Part shown: positions 1-9,718 of the stretch, in pieces
Layout of the letters: every line of letters starts with the position of its first letter
Numbering within the stretch: position 1 is the stretch's first letter
DNA from: Myxococcales bacterium
GTDB taxonomy: Bacteria > Desulfobacterota > Binatia > HRBIN30
DNA: 64,000 nt
NCBI GenBank assembly: GCA_037445065.1
Contig: JBBILD010000007.1
Coordinates: forward strand, 1 to 64,000
Direction of reading: 5' to 3'
Position numbers and translations under genes: made by a program
Notes under the pieces: generated by a model
Told to the model about the DNA's origin: nothing
Seen by the model: only the letters and a program-made list of their open reading frames with translations
Database searches by the model: none

Positions 1-370
1 TGAGCTTGGCCGTCTGGGTCATGTTCGCCCAGCCCGTTCCCGGCTTCACGAACACATACGCCGAACCCTGATCGGTGTTGCTGCCGATGTCATCACGCGG
101 CGCCCCCACCACTACCGTGTCCCCGGAAATCGCAACGGAGGAGCCGAAGTTGTCATTCATGGCCCCATCCGATGCGGTGAGCTTGGCCGTCTGGGTCATG
201 TTCCCCCAGCCCGTCCCCGGCTTCACGAACACATACGCCGAACCCCGACCAAAACTAGGGCCGATACCGATATCATCCTCTGGCGCCCCCACGACTACCG
301 TGTCCCCGGAAATCGCAACGGAGGAGCCGAAGTTGTCAGCGATGGCTCCATCCGAAGCGGTTAGGTTGGC
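1..370 (-). repeat. Intragenic near-identical FG-GAP repeat units (period about 177-183 nt)
   Basis: TGAGCTTGGCCGTCTGGGTCATGTTC at 1 and 178; GTCCCCGGAAATCGCAACGGAGGAGCCGAAGTTGTCA at about 119 and 302. Confidence 0.85.
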
Positions 371-1288
371 TTGCTGCACGAACGGATCGATTACCACCGG
401 ATAGTCCGCGCCCGCCGTCGCGACGTGCAGGCGCAGCCCCTGCCCTTCGCTCACCTCCATCCACGCCTCGAGTTCCCTCCCTTTGCCGTCGTACGCAAAC
501 AGCCCCCCGTAGCGCAGCACTGCCTCGCCGCTGCCCTGTCTCTTCACCACCACACCGCGCTTCCCGGCTTCCACCTCCGTCCCGAGGCTTGCACCTGCCC
601 CCATCGTGCCCAGCTCCACCACCACTTCCTCTGCCCCACTGGCGCCTGCGCAAAGACCCGGCGCCTCCTCCAGCGTAAACCCGTGCTGTAGCCCTACGGG
701 GCCATTCACCGCCCACTCCCGCACGCGTGCTCTGCCAGCCAGCCGCACCCACTCGGCCTGGTTGGCCTCGATGCGCTGGGTCGTTGCACGCCCCACCCTC
801 ATCCAGCGCATCTTTCCATCTCCCGCTGCACGGCACCCGAGCCGCTGCCAGGCAAGCCCCCAGCGCACCCCGCTCTGCCGCATGTGCACCAACAGGCGTT
901 GCCCATCGTTCTCAATACTGAGCCCGTGGGCCGCATTGACAAAACGTACCTGCGGCGCACGGCCTGCACCGGCGCGCCGCTGCTCGCGGGCCGCATACTC
1001 GCCTCGCTCCTGCCCGAGCCGTTTCGAGATCGTAGCCTGCAGCGGCACCGGCAGATCGGCAAAGCGCGCCTCCGGCTTCCCAGACTCGCGCCGGGTGGTG
1101 CTTGCAGAAAACGGCGGCGAACTCTTTACGCGGGTGAGTCCTGCCGCACTCCGGCTACTGCCACTAGCGACAAGAGAAGACGGCTCCGCACTAGCCCAGA
1201 CCGTCTCGCGCGGTACTGCTGCCGCCTGCGCACACACCGGAGCCAATGCAACCATAGCCACCACCACCGACGCGTGCTTCCAACCCAT
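1..1288 (-). CDS. Secreted FG-GAP (integrin alpha beta-propeller) repeat protein, 3' end beyond window edge
   Basis: Not in ORF track (no stop in window). My translation from ATG at 1288 (SD GGAGGA upstream) gives MGWKHASVVVAMVALAPVCAQAA (signal-like), EWAVNGPVGLQHGFTL, YPVVIDP, then repeats LTASDGA.DNFGSSVAISGDTVVVGAP...GSAYVFVKPGTGW.NMTQTAKL. Confidence 0.9.
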   Translation of the reverse strand, partial: MGWKHASVVVAMVALAPVCAQAAAVPRETVWASAEPSSLVASGSSRSAAGLTRVKSSPPFSASTTRRESGKPEARFADLPVPLQATISKRLGQERGEYAAREQRRAGAGRAPQVRFVNAAHGLSIENDGQRLLVHMRQSGVRWGLAWQRLGCRAAGDGKMRWMRVGRATTQRIEANQAEWVRLAGRARVREWAVNGPVGLQHGFTLEEAPGLCAGASGAEEVVVELGTMGAGASLGTEVEAGKRGVVVKRQGSGEAVLRYGGLFAYDGKGRELEAWMEVSEGQGLRLHVATAGADYPVVIDPFVQQANLTASDGAIADNFGSSVAISGDTVVVGAPEDDIGIGPSFGRGSAYVFVKPGTGWGNMTQTAKLTASDGAMNDNFGSSVAISGDTVVVGAPRDDIGSNTDQGSAYVFVKPGTGWANMTQTAKL

Positions 1289-1582
1289 GGTGCTCCTCCC
1301 TTCTCCCAAGCCCGCACTCTACGGGAGAAGTTGCACGCACCAGGGCCACGCATCCCTTGCCCCGATGTCTCGCACAATGCGGCTTGCGAACGCTCAAATC
1401 CACGGAATGGTCCTCCAGTCCACTCGGGACCCGCTTCCAACACACTGCGTTGTGCCTGTCTACTGCGCCCGTACGACATTTGTCAAACCGCTTGGTGTTG
1501 GTTCTCTTCTCCCTCGAGGATACCGGCGCCGGGGCAATGGCGGTGTCGGTGCCGGTGTGGTTGCTCGCCGTGGGCCGGGAAT

Positions 1583-1748
1583 GTAGGGGCAGGCCTTGTG
1601 CCTGCCCCTGTTGCAAACCGAACCCAGTGCCCGAATCGGGCTGTGTGCACCGCGGCGCGCAGCGCAGGCGCCTTGCAGGCACCAAGCCGTGGCACGATGG
1701 AACCATCGTGCCCCCGGCACCGCAGGCGGCCACAAGGGCCGCCCCTAC
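1583..1748. repeat. GTAG-type REP doublet (REPIN-like)
   Basis: GTAG-GGGCAGGC-CTTGT-GCCTGCCC at 1583-1607 and the oppositely oriented GGCGGCCACAAGGGCCGCCCCTAC at 1725-1748; internal hairpin GGCACGATGG-AA-CCATCGTGCC at 1691-1712; intergenic. Confidence 0.75.
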
Positions 1749-1806
1749 ATCCACCATCGAATCACCGCGCCGGCGGTACGCCGATTCGCCATTCGCAATG
1801 CACCGC

Positions 1807-3078
1807 TTAGCGCTTTCCGGCCCCTTCCGGTGTGGCGTTCAGCTTGGCGGGAGTGGGCGTGGCCGGTACGCTGGTGCGCGGAGAGGCCGCGCTCGTCCTT
1901 GGTGTAGCTGGCGTGGCGCCCGCGGTGGGCGCGTGGCTGGAAGACGGAGGTGTCGGAGTGCCACGGTACCCGGGGCTCGGGCTTTGCGTTTTGGCGGGAG
2001 AACGGCCCGGTGTGGCGGGCGAGGCGGGTGGGCTCGGGGTGCCGGCCGGCGTCGCGCTGGTTGCTCGCTCCTCAGCTTCCGGCTGCGTCTCTTCGCTGTG
2101 CGCTTGGGCGCGTGGGATGCGAGCGGTTGTCGGCACGCTTCCGAGATCACTTGCTCTCGCCGACGATGGGCCCCCCGCTTGCGGCCGGTTCGTACTGGGC
2201 AGCTCGTTCCCCCCCGCGGCAGGCGCCGCCAGCCCTGGCATAGCGGCCGGAGCAAAGCCGGCGCCGCTACCGAAGCCCGTGCGCGGTTGGGCGGGGATGA
2301 TGGCGCGCGGCGCCGCACCCGCGTCCACGGCTGACACCGAGGGCTCGACGAACACGCGCAGCACTCCGATCCAATCGCGCGTACCGCTGGGCCCGAAGGT
2401 GTGGCGGCCAACCAGGTCGAAGTTCCAATCGGGATCGAAGCGCTCCTGCGAGAGGAACGAGGCGGCGGTGACGGTCACCCGCTCGACGCCGTCGTCGTAC
2501 ACCAGGTCCGGTTTGCCTTGCACCTCGTTCAGGGAGAGGGTGTAAATGCAATGGGAGCGGTTTTGCGTCACCGGGCTCCCCATGGGGGCAGCGTAACGCT
2601 CGAACAGCGCACTCAGGCCGGGGACGTTTTCGGTGTCTCCGTTGAAGTACAAGTTGATCGCGAAGCGTTCGTACTCGTCGGTGGCGGTCAGCGGGCCAGG
2701 CTCGCCGACCAACGTAAAGGAATTGTCCCCTTCGTTGAGGGGAATCTCGACCAGGAAGTTGCGTGCATTGAGCGGTGGGCCGGAGAGAGACTCCGGAGGC
2801 AGCCCTAGGTACACCGCAAGTCCGTGCCACTTGCCCGCTGCCGCGGTGCGCCACAACTGGGCCTCGATGTTCGAACACGCGTCGTAGGTGGCGTAACCGT
2901 TGGGCGTGCCGAAACCGTCTGCTGCGTACAGCAAGATGCCGCTGATCGAGGCTGCGCGCGCCGACGGCGGAGTGATCGCAGTCGCAACCGCGAACCAGGC
3001 AGTGGAAAAGGCAAGGAGGAGGCGGAAGCGGCGCAAAGCGCAAATCCAGGACCCAATGGCATCCATGAGCGCGCGCAT
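1807..3078 (-). CDS. Hypothetical exported protein with Pro/Thr/Ser/Ala-rich C-terminal tail
   Basis: ORF 1807..3225; likely start ATG 3078 or 3066; signal-like RRFRLLLAFSTAWFAVATAITPPSARA; globular middle; low-complexity PTPATP tail. Confidence 0.7.
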   Translation of the reverse strand: MRALMDAIGSWICALRRFRLLLAFSTAWFAVATAITPPSARAASISGILLYAADGFGTPNGYATYDACSNIEAQLWRTAAAGKWHGLAVYLGLPPESLSGPPLNARNFLVEIPLNEGDNSFTLVGEPGPLTATDEYERFAINLYFNGDTENVPGLSALFERYAAPMGSPVTQNRSHCIYTLSLNEVQGKPDLVYDDGVERVTVTAASFLSQERFDPDWNFDLVGRHTFGPSGTRDWIGVLRVFVEPSVSAVDAGAAPRAIIPAQPRTGFGSGAGFAPAAMPGLAAPAAGGNELPSTNRPQAGGPSSARASDLGSVPTTARIPRAQAHSEETQPEAEERATSATPAGTPSPPASPATPGRSPAKTQSPSPGYRGTPTPPSSSHAPTAGATPATPRTSAASPRTSVPATPTPAKLNATPEGAGKR

Positions 3079-3104
3079 GTTAAACGTCGGCTCCCTGCGC
3101 CACA

Positions 3105-6100
3105 ATGGACGACGCAGCGAGGGCAATGAGAGCGGAGGCCGAGGTGGGGCGTTGGAGCACAGTTCGAGGGCTGGCCCGCGCATGCAGGCGGATGGCGCAG
3201 GCGCGGCCCATTGCCACTTCGGCACTGGCGGTGGCGGCGTTGCTGCTTCTGGCTGGGTGGCGCGACCACGACGCAGAGTGGCAGGCGCGCAGTGTGTGGG
3301 GCAACCTCGAGCCGGTTTTCGAGGCGGTCGCAGCGGGCCGTGCTCTCAGTGCTCGGGCGTTGGCTGACTTCGTGCGCCTGTGCTGGGGCGCAAGCGCGAT
3401 CTTCGCGGCGGTGCTGGTCCTTGCGCTTTGGCGGCGCAGTCTAACCCTCGCTGCGGCCAGCGCGGGTGCGGCTGCCTTGCTGTGGTCCTGGCTGTGGTTT
3501 TACCACGAATTGTTCCTGCACGCGTGGTGGGCCATGGCTGCCGCTGCTGCGGCGCTGGCGATTGCTGGCTGGCGAACGCGCGCGCTCGGCCCCGCAACGC
3601 TGCTCGACCCGCGCAGTAGCGACCTGCCCCCTTTGCTCCTGGTGTGCGGCGTGGCCACCTTGGCGCGGCTGTACGCGCTGACCGAGCTTCCCTCCTTTTT
3701 TATCGGCGAGATGGGCCACTCCATGTTCGCGCCGACGCGCTGGGAGAGCCTGTGGCGCTATGCACCGCAAAGTGTGGAGGCAGTGAGCATCGGCTGCGCG
3801 CATCTGTTTCTGCAGTGGCTGACTTTCCTCCTCTTCGAACCCTCCGTGTTCGCCATTCGTGCCACAGCGGTGATCTTCGGCGTCGCCACGGTTTGGGCGC
3901 TGTACTGGTTCATGCGGCAAAGCGCCGGGCGTGGCGCAGCGCTGGCCGCAGCGTTGCTCGCGGCGGTTGCGCCGGAGCAGTTGTGGTGGTCGAGAAACGA
4001 AAACTCCTACTTCATCGCAACGTGCTTCGCGGGGGTCATGACCGCCTGGCTCGCCTGGCGGGTGCGCTCCGAGCCGAGTCTCGGCCGCATTGCAGTCGTA
4101 TGCCTGTGGATGGCACTCTCGCGCCTCTTTTACCTCGCTTCAGTGGCGCTGTTCCTGATTCCACCGGCGTTGCTCCTGCACGGGGTCCTGTTCGAGCCTT
4201 TGCAACGGCGCCGCTTGCTAAAGGCGCTGCTTTGCGTGTGCGTACTCGGCGGCAGCGGCTGGGCGCTGAGCCCGTCCGTAATTGCCTACCTAGGTACGGG
4301 AACGTGGCGTTTCGTTCACCCGGCGCGCCATGGGGAATTGGTCCGCGAAGGCGCCGAGCAAAGCCTGCCGGAATTGGCTCGCCAGCAGGTGGAGAAAATC
4401 GGGCGGAATGCCGCCCAGGTGGGGCGAGCGCTCGTGGTCGGCGCCGGCTTGGACCACTGGTACCAACGGGCGGACCAGCCCGGGCGCGCTACCTGGATCA
4501 ACCTCGCCGTAGCCGGCTTTGCTGCCTGTGGCCTAATGCTTGCGGTCGGACAAGTTCGCCGCCCGCAAGCAGCGCTCCTCTGGCTTTGGCTCGGGGCGGG
4601 TCTTGCTCCCGCGCTGCTCAGTGAGCACCCAGAGAGCCGCCGCTTGGCGGCTGCTTACCCCGCGTTTTATGCCGCCGCGAGCTACGCTTGGGCTTGGTGG
4701 GCAGCCGCACTGCGCCAGAAGGCAGGCCAGTGGGCCGCTCGCTTTGCGGCGCTGTTGGTTTGGCCAGTGCTGGCAGCCGTGGCATGCGCCTCGGCAGCTT
4801 CCCACTTTGCCTTGCCGATCCGCGAGCTTCCGCTGGTGCGCACGGCACGTGTGGTGGCGCAGGACTTCGCCAGTGCCGATGCGATTTTCTACGAACTCGA
4901 CGAGGCGGCCTTCCCCATCTTTGCGGCCGTGCACGCCAACCGCTGGCTCGAGCGGCGCCCGTGCTTGCAGACGATGGATGCCCATTGGCTCGCTTCCCTT
5001 CTCGGGCAACGTTGCGCCTTCGAGAGCCCGACCATGCGCCTGGCCTATTCCCCGGAAACCCTGAAGCAACTGCGCTCATCGCCCTTCGAACCCCATGTTC
5101 TCGTCTTTTGGGTGGGAGAAGTCCCGCAGCGGCAGTTGAAGCTCGCGCGACTGGCGAGCCTGTATCCCGATGCCAAGCGGGAGTGCCGTCAGAGCGAGGA
5201 CACGAGTTACGCGCTGTGTACCGTGCGCGTACGCGAGCCCGATTTGCGCCGGCTAAGGCGGGTGGAGGCAACCTCGGTGCGGGCCGCCGATGGCCGGTTG
5301 CTTCGCCCCCGCCTCGAGCAGCCGCCGGTGGCCTACAAGGCGGAGCGCATCGCAGCGCACGGTCCCATGCGCGTTGCAGCGGCACTGCCAGTCGGCACCG
5401 AGGGCTGGTTTCAATTTTCCCCCCTGCCTCAGTGCAGCGAGGCACACATCGAAGTGGGCGAAGGGTTGCCGGTGGAGTTCGAACGTCCTGTGCCCCTGCT
5501 TCAGGGGCTGGTTCCCTTCTCCCTCTCGCTGCCGCTGAGTTGTACCGAACCGCTCACCTTGCATTGGAGCCGCGTCGGCGCGGGCAGCGAGCCACTGCTC
5601 TTGCTGGATCCGGCCCTGCTCGACTCGCACTTGCTGCGCTCTGCCCCCATGCGGGTGTTCCCCGGGTTTGCCTTCGAGGGACGCTTTGGCAATGTGCCGG
5701 GGGAGGTCCGACAGGTGCGCCCGACTGCGCACGGCGTGCTGGCGCTCAGCGCCCAGGGCGGGAGCTCCGTTCTCTATTGGCTCGACCAGGAAGGAACCGT
5801 GCGCCGCGAACTGCGCTTGCAGGCGGTGGAGGGCGCGGTCGTGTTCAGCATGGCGGCAAGCCCGGACGAACGTGCCCTGTTGCTCGCCACCTCCAACGGA
5901 ATTCTGTGGCTGGATGGCGACGGGCAGGTACTGGGCCGGTGGGGCACACCCGAACTGCCGACCACCGAGGTGGTTTGGTTGAACGACGAACAGGTGGTGG
6001 CACCGTTACCGGCTGCAGGAGGGCTGGTGATCCTGAACAAGAACGGGGAAAACTTGGCGGTGGTTCGCGGCCTGCGGGGCCGGCGCGAGCCGTTCTTCGA

Positions 6101-6503
6101 GCCGATCGCGGTAGCCCGGAGTGCGGACGGGCAGACGTGGGCCACCGTGCAAACTGATGGGCGTCTGATCGTCTTCCGCGCTCCTGCCGGAATCACGAGC
6201 GCGGAATTCGCCTGGGAGCGGACCCTACCGTTGCGCGTCCCTGGCTCGTGGGCGCGGGGCCTCGTCTTTCGGCGAGATGGCTCCTTGTTGGTCGCCGACC
6301 GCGAATGGCCGCAAGTGTTCGTGTACGACCGGGACGGACACCGTCTCTTGCCTCCCGACCCCGAAAAGGATTGGCCGCAACTTCTCCGCGAACTGGGCAC
6401 CGTGCGCAGCATGGCGCCGCTTGGTGGCCGGATCGTGGTGCTCGCCGGAACCCCGTGGTTGGCCTCCTTCGCGCCGGCAACGGACGGCGGACCCGGATCC
6501 TGA
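3105..6503 (+). CDS. ArnT/PMT_2-like GT-C membrane glycosyltransferase fused to C-terminal beta-propeller (NHL-like)
   Basis: 1132-aa ORF with many TM segments; RLYAL...FAIRA..VIFG.ATVWALY pattern typical of GT39/ArnT-like proteins; C-terminal FFEPIAVA, GLVFRRDGSLLVAD, VFVYDRDG repeats; exact start uncertain. Confidence 0.75.
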   Translation: MDDAARAMRAEAEVGRWSTVRGLARACRRMAQARPIATSALAVAALLLLAGWRDHDAEWQARSVWGNLEPVFEAVAAGRALSARALADFVRLCWGASAIFAAVLVLALWRRSLTLAAASAGAAALLWSWLWFYHELFLHAWWAMAAAAAALAIAGWRTRALGPATLLDPRSSDLPPLLLVCGVATLARLYALTELPSFFIGEMGHSMFAPTRWESLWRYAPQSVEAVSIGCAHLFLQWLTFLLFEPSVFAIRATAVIFGVATVWALYWFMRQSAGRGAALAAALLAAVAPEQLWWSRNENSYFIATCFAGVMTAWLAWRVRSEPSLGRIAVVCLWMALSRLFYLASVALFLIPPALLLHGVLFEPLQRRRLLKALLCVCVLGGSGWALSPSVIAYLGTGTWRFVHPARHGELVREGAEQSLPELARQQVEKIGRNAAQVGRALVVGAGLDHWYQRADQPGRATWINLAVAGFAACGLMLAVGQVRRPQAALLWLWLGAGLAPALLSEHPESRRLAAAYPAFYAAASYAWAWWAAALRQKAGQWAARFAALLVWPVLAAVACASAASHFALPIRELPLVRTARVVAQDFASADAIFYELDEAAFPIFAAVHANRWLERRPCLQTMDAHWLASLLGQRCAFESPTMRLAYSPETLKQLRSSPFEPHVLVFWVGEVPQRQLKLARLASLYPDAKRECRQSEDTSYALCTVRVREPDLRRLRRVEATSVRAADGRLLRPRLEQPPVAYKAERIAAHGPMRVAAALPVGTEGWFQFSPLPQCSEAHIEVGEGLPVEFERPVPLLQGLVPFSLSLPLSCTEPLTLHWSRVGAGSEPLLLLDPALLDSHLLRSAPMRVFPGFAFEGRFGNVPGEVRQVRPTAHGVLALSAQGGSSVLYWLDQEGTVRRELRLQAVEGAVVFSMAASPDERALLLATSNGILWLDGDGQVLGRWGTPELPTTEVVWLNDEQVVAPLPAAGGLVILNKNGENLAVVRGLRGRREPFFEPIAVARSADGQTWATVQTDGRLIVFRAPAGITSAEFAWERTLPLRVPGSWARGLVFRRDGSLLVADREWPQVFVYDRDGHRLLPPDPEKDWPQLLRELGTVRSMAPLGGRIVVLAGTPWLASFAPATDGGPGS

Positions 6504-6587
6504 AGCGGGTGCCCGCGGACCACACGGGCTTCCCGGGCCGCTTCGGCGCGCTCGCTTTTTTTTCTCGGACGGGGTAGGAAGTCGGCG

Positions 6588-7460
6588 ATGCAGGGCGCGG
6601 CAGAGAAGCAGGATCGCCGGGGCGTTTCCGTAGTGGTGCCCGTCTTCAACGCTTGCCGAGAGCTGCCCGAGACGGTGCGGCGGATTCGTGCCGAGCTGGC
6701 GGAACTCGGCGAGCCGCTGGAATTTGTCGTTGTGGATGATGGCTCCACCGACGGGAGCGCCCAGGCGGCTCTGCTCTGCGGAGCGGATGTGCGCTGCTTG
6801 CGTGAAGCGCACAACCGCGGCAAGGGTTGGGCGGTCGTGCGGGGAGTGCTGGCGGCACGTTACGGCACGGTGTGCTTTACCGACGCAGACGGGCCGTTCT
6901 TGCCCGGCAGTTATCGAGCTGTGGTTGCACGCGCCGTGCGCAGCGAGTCGCTGGTGATCGCCTCGCGCCGGTTGGCCGACTCGGAAATGCTGGTCAAGAT
7001 GGACGTGCTCAACTACGCAGCCCGGCGTCACCTGGTCGGCGTTACCTTTAATCGCCTGTTGCGCTTGTTGTTGCGGCTTCCGATTCGCGATACGCAGTGC
7101 GGCCTCAAAGCCTTCTCGCGCGCTTTGGGGCGAGCGCTCGTGCAGCGGGTTCGCTCCTTCGGGTTTTTGTTCGACGTCGAGCTTTTGCTCGCCGCGCGCG
7201 CTCTCGGAGTGGCGGTCGAAGAGGTGGCGGTGAGCGTGGCGTATCGAGAGCGGAAAACCTCGCTGCGCTTACTACGCGAGTCGGTGCAAATGGGCGCGGG
7301 GCTTGTGTGGATCGCATGGCAGGACCGACTAGGCCGCTACGCGCAGCCGAACCCGGCGCTTGGCCTCTCCAGCGAGGCCGCTTCACCGGATGCTGGCGAG
7401 CCCAGCGAGCTTCAACCGATTCGTTCTGGCCGCGCTCCGCTCGGCCCTTCGCGTGGCTGA
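6588..7460 (+). CDS. GT2 polyprenol/dolichol-phosphate glycosyltransferase (DPG/DPM synthase-like)
   Basis: VSVVVPVFN, VVDDGSTDGS, NRGKG.AV..G, FTDADG, DTQCGLKAF, FDVELL motifs. Confidence 0.9.
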   Translation: MQGAAEKQDRRGVSVVVPVFNACRELPETVRRIRAELAELGEPLEFVVVDDGSTDGSAQAALLCGADVRCLREAHNRGKGWAVVRGVLAARYGTVCFTDADGPFLPGSYRAVVARAVRSESLVIASRRLADSEMLVKMDVLNYAARRHLVGVTFNRLLRLLLRLPIRDTQCGLKAFSRALGRALVQRVRSFGFLFDVELLLAARALGVAVEEVAVSVAYRERKTSLRLLRESVQMGAGLVWIAWQDRLGRYAQPNPALGLSSEAASPDAGEPSELQPIRSGRAPLGPSRG

Positions 7461-7890
7461 CGTGGTCCATCGCACAAGACTGCCTCGCGTAAGCACAGCT
7501 ACCAGCGCGGCCTCTGCGAATCCCTCCAGCCGGCGTTTGCGCAACCTCTTCAGCGCCGTCGTCGGTGCGAGCGTGCGTATCCGCAGGAACCACGCATCGC
7601 CCCATGGTCCATCGCGCGGCCCCTCGAGCGTCGCCCGCGGGCAATGGGGAACGTGAGAGGACATTCGCGGCGCAGGGCAAGCCCTTCCGAGTTGCGCGGC
7701 GGGGCTTTGGAGCACCGTCGGTTCCTTGGGTTGGCGCGTAGCGAAAACCCCAGGTTGCATGGTGCAACGCGTGCGGCGTGGTGTGGTGATGGTGGCACTG
7801 GCCACCTATGGCGGTAGCGTGGTCGTGGAACCGCGATCCCGGCAGGCAGCGCGTTGCCGGTGGAGCCTCGCGGACGACCCGAACGGCCTG

Positions 7891-8014
7891 CCCCCGACAC
7901 CGCGGGCAGCCACGAGGGCCGCCCCTGCACCCACGATCGAACCAGCGTGCCCGCGGTACCCCCCATTCGCAATTCGTCCGGCCACCGCTCGCCGCTCGCC
8001 ACTCGCTGCTCGCC
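7891..8014. repeat. Second copy of REP-containing intergenic element plus 4x heptamer array
   Basis: 7891-7960 matches 1711-1780 at 58/70 positions ungapped (hand count); GCTCGCC GCTCGCC ACTCGCT GCTCGCC at 7987-8014. Confidence 0.75.
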
Positions 8015-8068
8015 TTCAGCGGCGACTAGGGCTGCAGGTCGTGGCGCGAATGTGCCAAGGTCGCGAGG

Positions 8069-9718
8069 TTAACGTGGGTGTCCTGTATTCCTGGGATGGC
8101 CGAGGAGCGCTTCGGCCTTGTGCCGCAGGGCGCGCTTGTCGTACTTGCCGCTACCGGTCGAGGGCAACTCCTCGCGCGCCACAAAGAAAAAGTGTCGGGG
8201 CACTTTGTATGCGGCCAGGTGGCTCCGGCAAAACTCCGCGAGAGCCTGTTCGCCCGGGGGTTCGGTGTTTGCCGCCGGGACCACGAACGCAGCCACGTTC
8301 TCACCTCGTTCCGGGTCCGTAACCGGCACCACCACCGCGAGCGCCACTTGTGGATGCGTGCTGAGCACGGCCTCCACTTCGGCCGGTGCAACGTTCACCC
8401 CCGCGGTTTTGATCACCTCGCGGCGGCGGCCGATGAAGTGCAAGTATCCTTCGCCGTCTACCCAGCCCAAGTCTCCGGTGCGAAAGAACCCCCGTTCATC
8501 GAAGCACTCGTGCGGCCGGCGGCGGTAGTAGCTCTCCATCACCGTCGCCCCGCGGATGAGGATCTCGCCAGTTTCCCCACTCGGCAGTGGCTCACCAGTG
8601 TCCGGATCCACGATGCACAGCTCGACACCGGGCAAGGGGCGGCCGTGCGTCTCGGTGCGGCGAGGCACCGGGTCGTCCCAAGCGCTGCAGCAGGCCAGCG
8701 GGCCGGCCTCGGTCATGCCCCAGGAACTCACGGCGTGATGGGGTTCCGCAAAAATGCGTGGCGCCCAAGCCGCTTGCGCGCCCGGACCTTTGCGGATCCC
8801 GAAGCGCGCCGGCTCGAAACGCGGGTGGCGGGCGATGGCTTCTGCCTGGTGCGGCCACGCGAAAAACACCGTGCAGCCGTACTGCTCCATGAGACGTACT
8901 GCACGCTCCGGGTCGAACACCTCCTGCAGCAGGAGAGCCGCGCCGCGGCCCCAACTGGCGAGCGCAAAGGCAATGAGTCCGCCCGCAAAGAAAAACGGCA
9001 GGTATGCCCAAGTTCGATCCTGCGCTGTCAAACCGAGCCGTTCCCCGATGCCCCGTGCCGCAGCCAGGACGCTGGCGTGGGTGTGCACGACTGCCTTGGG
9101 CTCGGCCTCGCTTCCCGAGGTAAAGAAAATGGCTGCTGGCTCGCTCGGGTGGACCTGTTGTTCCATCGCCTGCAGCCACTCGTCGCTCGCCGCCCCTTTC
9201 GGCACCAAGTCCGCCCACGAGAGGGCGCCCGCTGGCGGGTTTTCGCCCCACCACACAACGCGGCGCAAAGCCGGCAAGCGCGGGTGGGGCCGAGCGGAGG
9301 CGCCGGCTTCCAAGCCCAACGCTGTGAGGACCGCAACGTAGTCGTGGCGCAGAAACCGGGTAGCCGAGAGCAGGAATTGGACGTCCGCCAAGCGCAACGC
9401 GCGCTCGAGTTCCGCCGCAGTCCACAATGTGTTGAGCGGCACGAGCACAGCTCCCAGACGCCAAGTTGCCCATGCTGCCACGAGCCAATCCGGGGAGTTG
9501 GGCAGCAGCACGCCGACATGCGTGCCCTTGTTCACCCCCAGTTCGGCGAGCGCCAAGGCGAGACGGCGAGCCTCCCGCGCCAAATCCGCGAACGAGCGGG
9601 CAGCCTCGCCGGTGATCACGGCCGGCTGATTGCGGAAGTGGGCCGCCAGCTCGTCGAGCCAGCGGGCCACAGAAACGCCGCTGCTTGCGGCGGACCGCTC
9701 AGTCGCTCGTTCTGCCAC
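8069..9718 (-). CDS. Acyl-CoA synthetase (class I adenylate-forming enzyme)
   Basis: FTSGSEAEPKAV P-loop, WGMTE, FRTGDLG, GRRREVIKTAGVNV.PAEVE, GKYDK; GTG start at 9718 overlaps the upstream gene end. Confidence 0.92.
   Translation of the reverse strand: MAERATERSAASSGVSVARWLDELAAHFRNQPAVITGEAARSFADLAREARRLALALAELGVNKGTHVGVLLPNSPDWLVAAWATWRLGAVLVPLNTLWTAAELERALRLADVQFLLSATRFLRHDYVAVLTALGLEAGASARPHPRLPALRRVVWWGENPPAGALSWADLVPKGAASDEWLQAMEQQVHPSEPAAIFFTSGSEAEPKAVVHTHASVLAAARGIGERLGLTAQDRTWAYLPFFFAGGLIAFALASWGRGAALLLQEVFDPERAVRLMEQYGCTVFFAWPHQAEAIARHPRFEPARFGIRKGPGAQAAWAPRIFAEPHHAVSSWGMTEAGPLACCSAWDDPVPRRTETHGRPLPGVELCIVDPDTGEPLPSGETGEILIRGATVMESYYRRRPHECFDERGFFRTGDLGWVDGEGYLHFIGRRREVIKTAGVNVAPAEVEAVLSTHPQVALAVVVPVTDPERGENVAAFVVPAANTEPPGEQALAEFCRSHLAAYKVPRHFFFVAREELPSTGSGKYDKRALRHKAEALLGHPRNTGHPR

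Noticed and set aside
75..404. Plus-strand repeat ORF (PTTTVSPEIATEEPKLS)
   Set aside because: It is the antisense shadow of the FG-GAP gene on the minus strand.
1..1288. Diversity-generating retroelement template/variable repeat pair
   Set aside because: Both repeats are in-frame blades of one CDS, differences are not adenine-specific and no reverse transcriptase is present.
6537..6563. Intrinsic terminator between the GT-C gene and GT2
   Set aside because: A T8 tract is present but the adjacent stem is short and not directly abutting it; too weak to call.
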